Shown here in pieces: positions 63,686-64,000 of a stretch of DNA of 64,000 nucleotides. The stretch is from Pseudomonas phage pPa_SNUABM_DT01. Both the position numbers and the translations under genes were made by a program. Every line of letters begins with the position of its first letter. Position 1 is the first letter of the stretch. The notes below the pieces were generated by a model that was given only the letters and a program-made list of their open reading frames with translations, was not told the origin of the DNA and made no database searches. The stretch lies in sequence record MW735835.1; one strand, given 5' to 3'.

Positions 63686-64000
63686 TGGCTGATATTTCCT
63701 TTGATGTGGCAGAAGGGTACTATCTAGCGCCCTTCACTGCCAACATGCTCTTGAGCGCCAATGTTCAGAGCTTGCAGTTCAGTGTCAACGGGGCACCGCC
63801 TGCCATTTCTAAGTACATCGCGTACGACACCCTCACTCCTCCGAACCCGTTCATCGCGGTGACCCAGGACGGTACGGGTAACGTGGTGTACGACGGTGGT
63901 TTCCCGAAGTTCTACAACAGTGTGGCTCCTGTGGCGGGGATCAATGCCTCGATCACCATGGAGTTCAAAGCCACTCGCACTGCTGGCGCCACCGGTAACA
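63686..64000 (+). CDS. Partial CDS (5' part) running off the window. Probably another tail/fibre-associated protein.
   Basis: ATG at 63686 after ttaaggactgagcc RBS. Open to the window end (MADISFDVAEGYYLAPFTANMLLSANVQ..). Confidence 0.45.

Noticed and set aside
1-64000. CRISPR arrays, integrase/transposase, IS elements
   Set aside because: No regularly spaced direct repeats and no recombinase or transposase motifs were found. The only mobile-type gene is the HNH homing endonuclease.

Overview
This 64-kb window looks like a slice of a GC-rich (roughly 55-60%) jumbo-phage-type genome with densely packed, mostly plus-strand genes and short overlaps of the ATGA type. Four minus-strand islands interrupt the array: 1-4721, 16760-18496, 21732-25858, plus many spurious antisense ORFs typical of high-GC DNA. 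Recognisable functions: a split multisubunit RNA polymerase beta-prime-like fragment (2515-3891), thymidylate kinase (41643-42317), an insertion-bearing thymidylate synthase (52000-53424), a class II CCA-adding tRNA nucleotidyltransferase with HD domain (56068-57378), a separate HD phosphohydrolase, a DEDDy 3-5 exonuclease, a Cys-based protein phosphatase, two macro-domain-like proteins, a SLOG/DprA-like Rossmann protein, an SspB-like ClpX adaptor, an HEXXH membrane metallopeptidase, an HNH/AP2-type homing endonuclease (lower GC), a tail-fibre-repeat protein, and several secreted/lipoprotein/membrane proteins. Two tRNAs (Asn-GTT, Asp-GTC) sit inside about 1.2 kb of structured non-coding DNA that also holds a tRNA-like remnant. 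A conserved family of UUCG-tetraloop hairpins followed by a TATGCC(G) motif punctuates the gene arrays and looks like a terminator-plus-promoter module. The most unusual signals are a textbook -1 slippery heptamer (T_TTT_TTC) joining a 534-aa ORF to a downstream start-less ORF; an N-terminal giant tandem-repeat protein; and candidate anti-defence/host-takeover clusters (macro + phosphatase at 7.3-10.7 kb; macro-like + SLOG at 40.1-41.3 kb). The RNAP fragment, tRNAs and nucleotide-metabolism genes suggest a phiKZ-like (nucleus-forming) jumbo phage lineage, but no chimallin or tubulin was seen here. Most of the 25.9-39.2 kb array is unrecognisable and probably virion/inner-body proteins. Hand-derived coordinates (hairpins, refined starts) may be off by 1-2 nt; ORF-track coordinates were used where possible.
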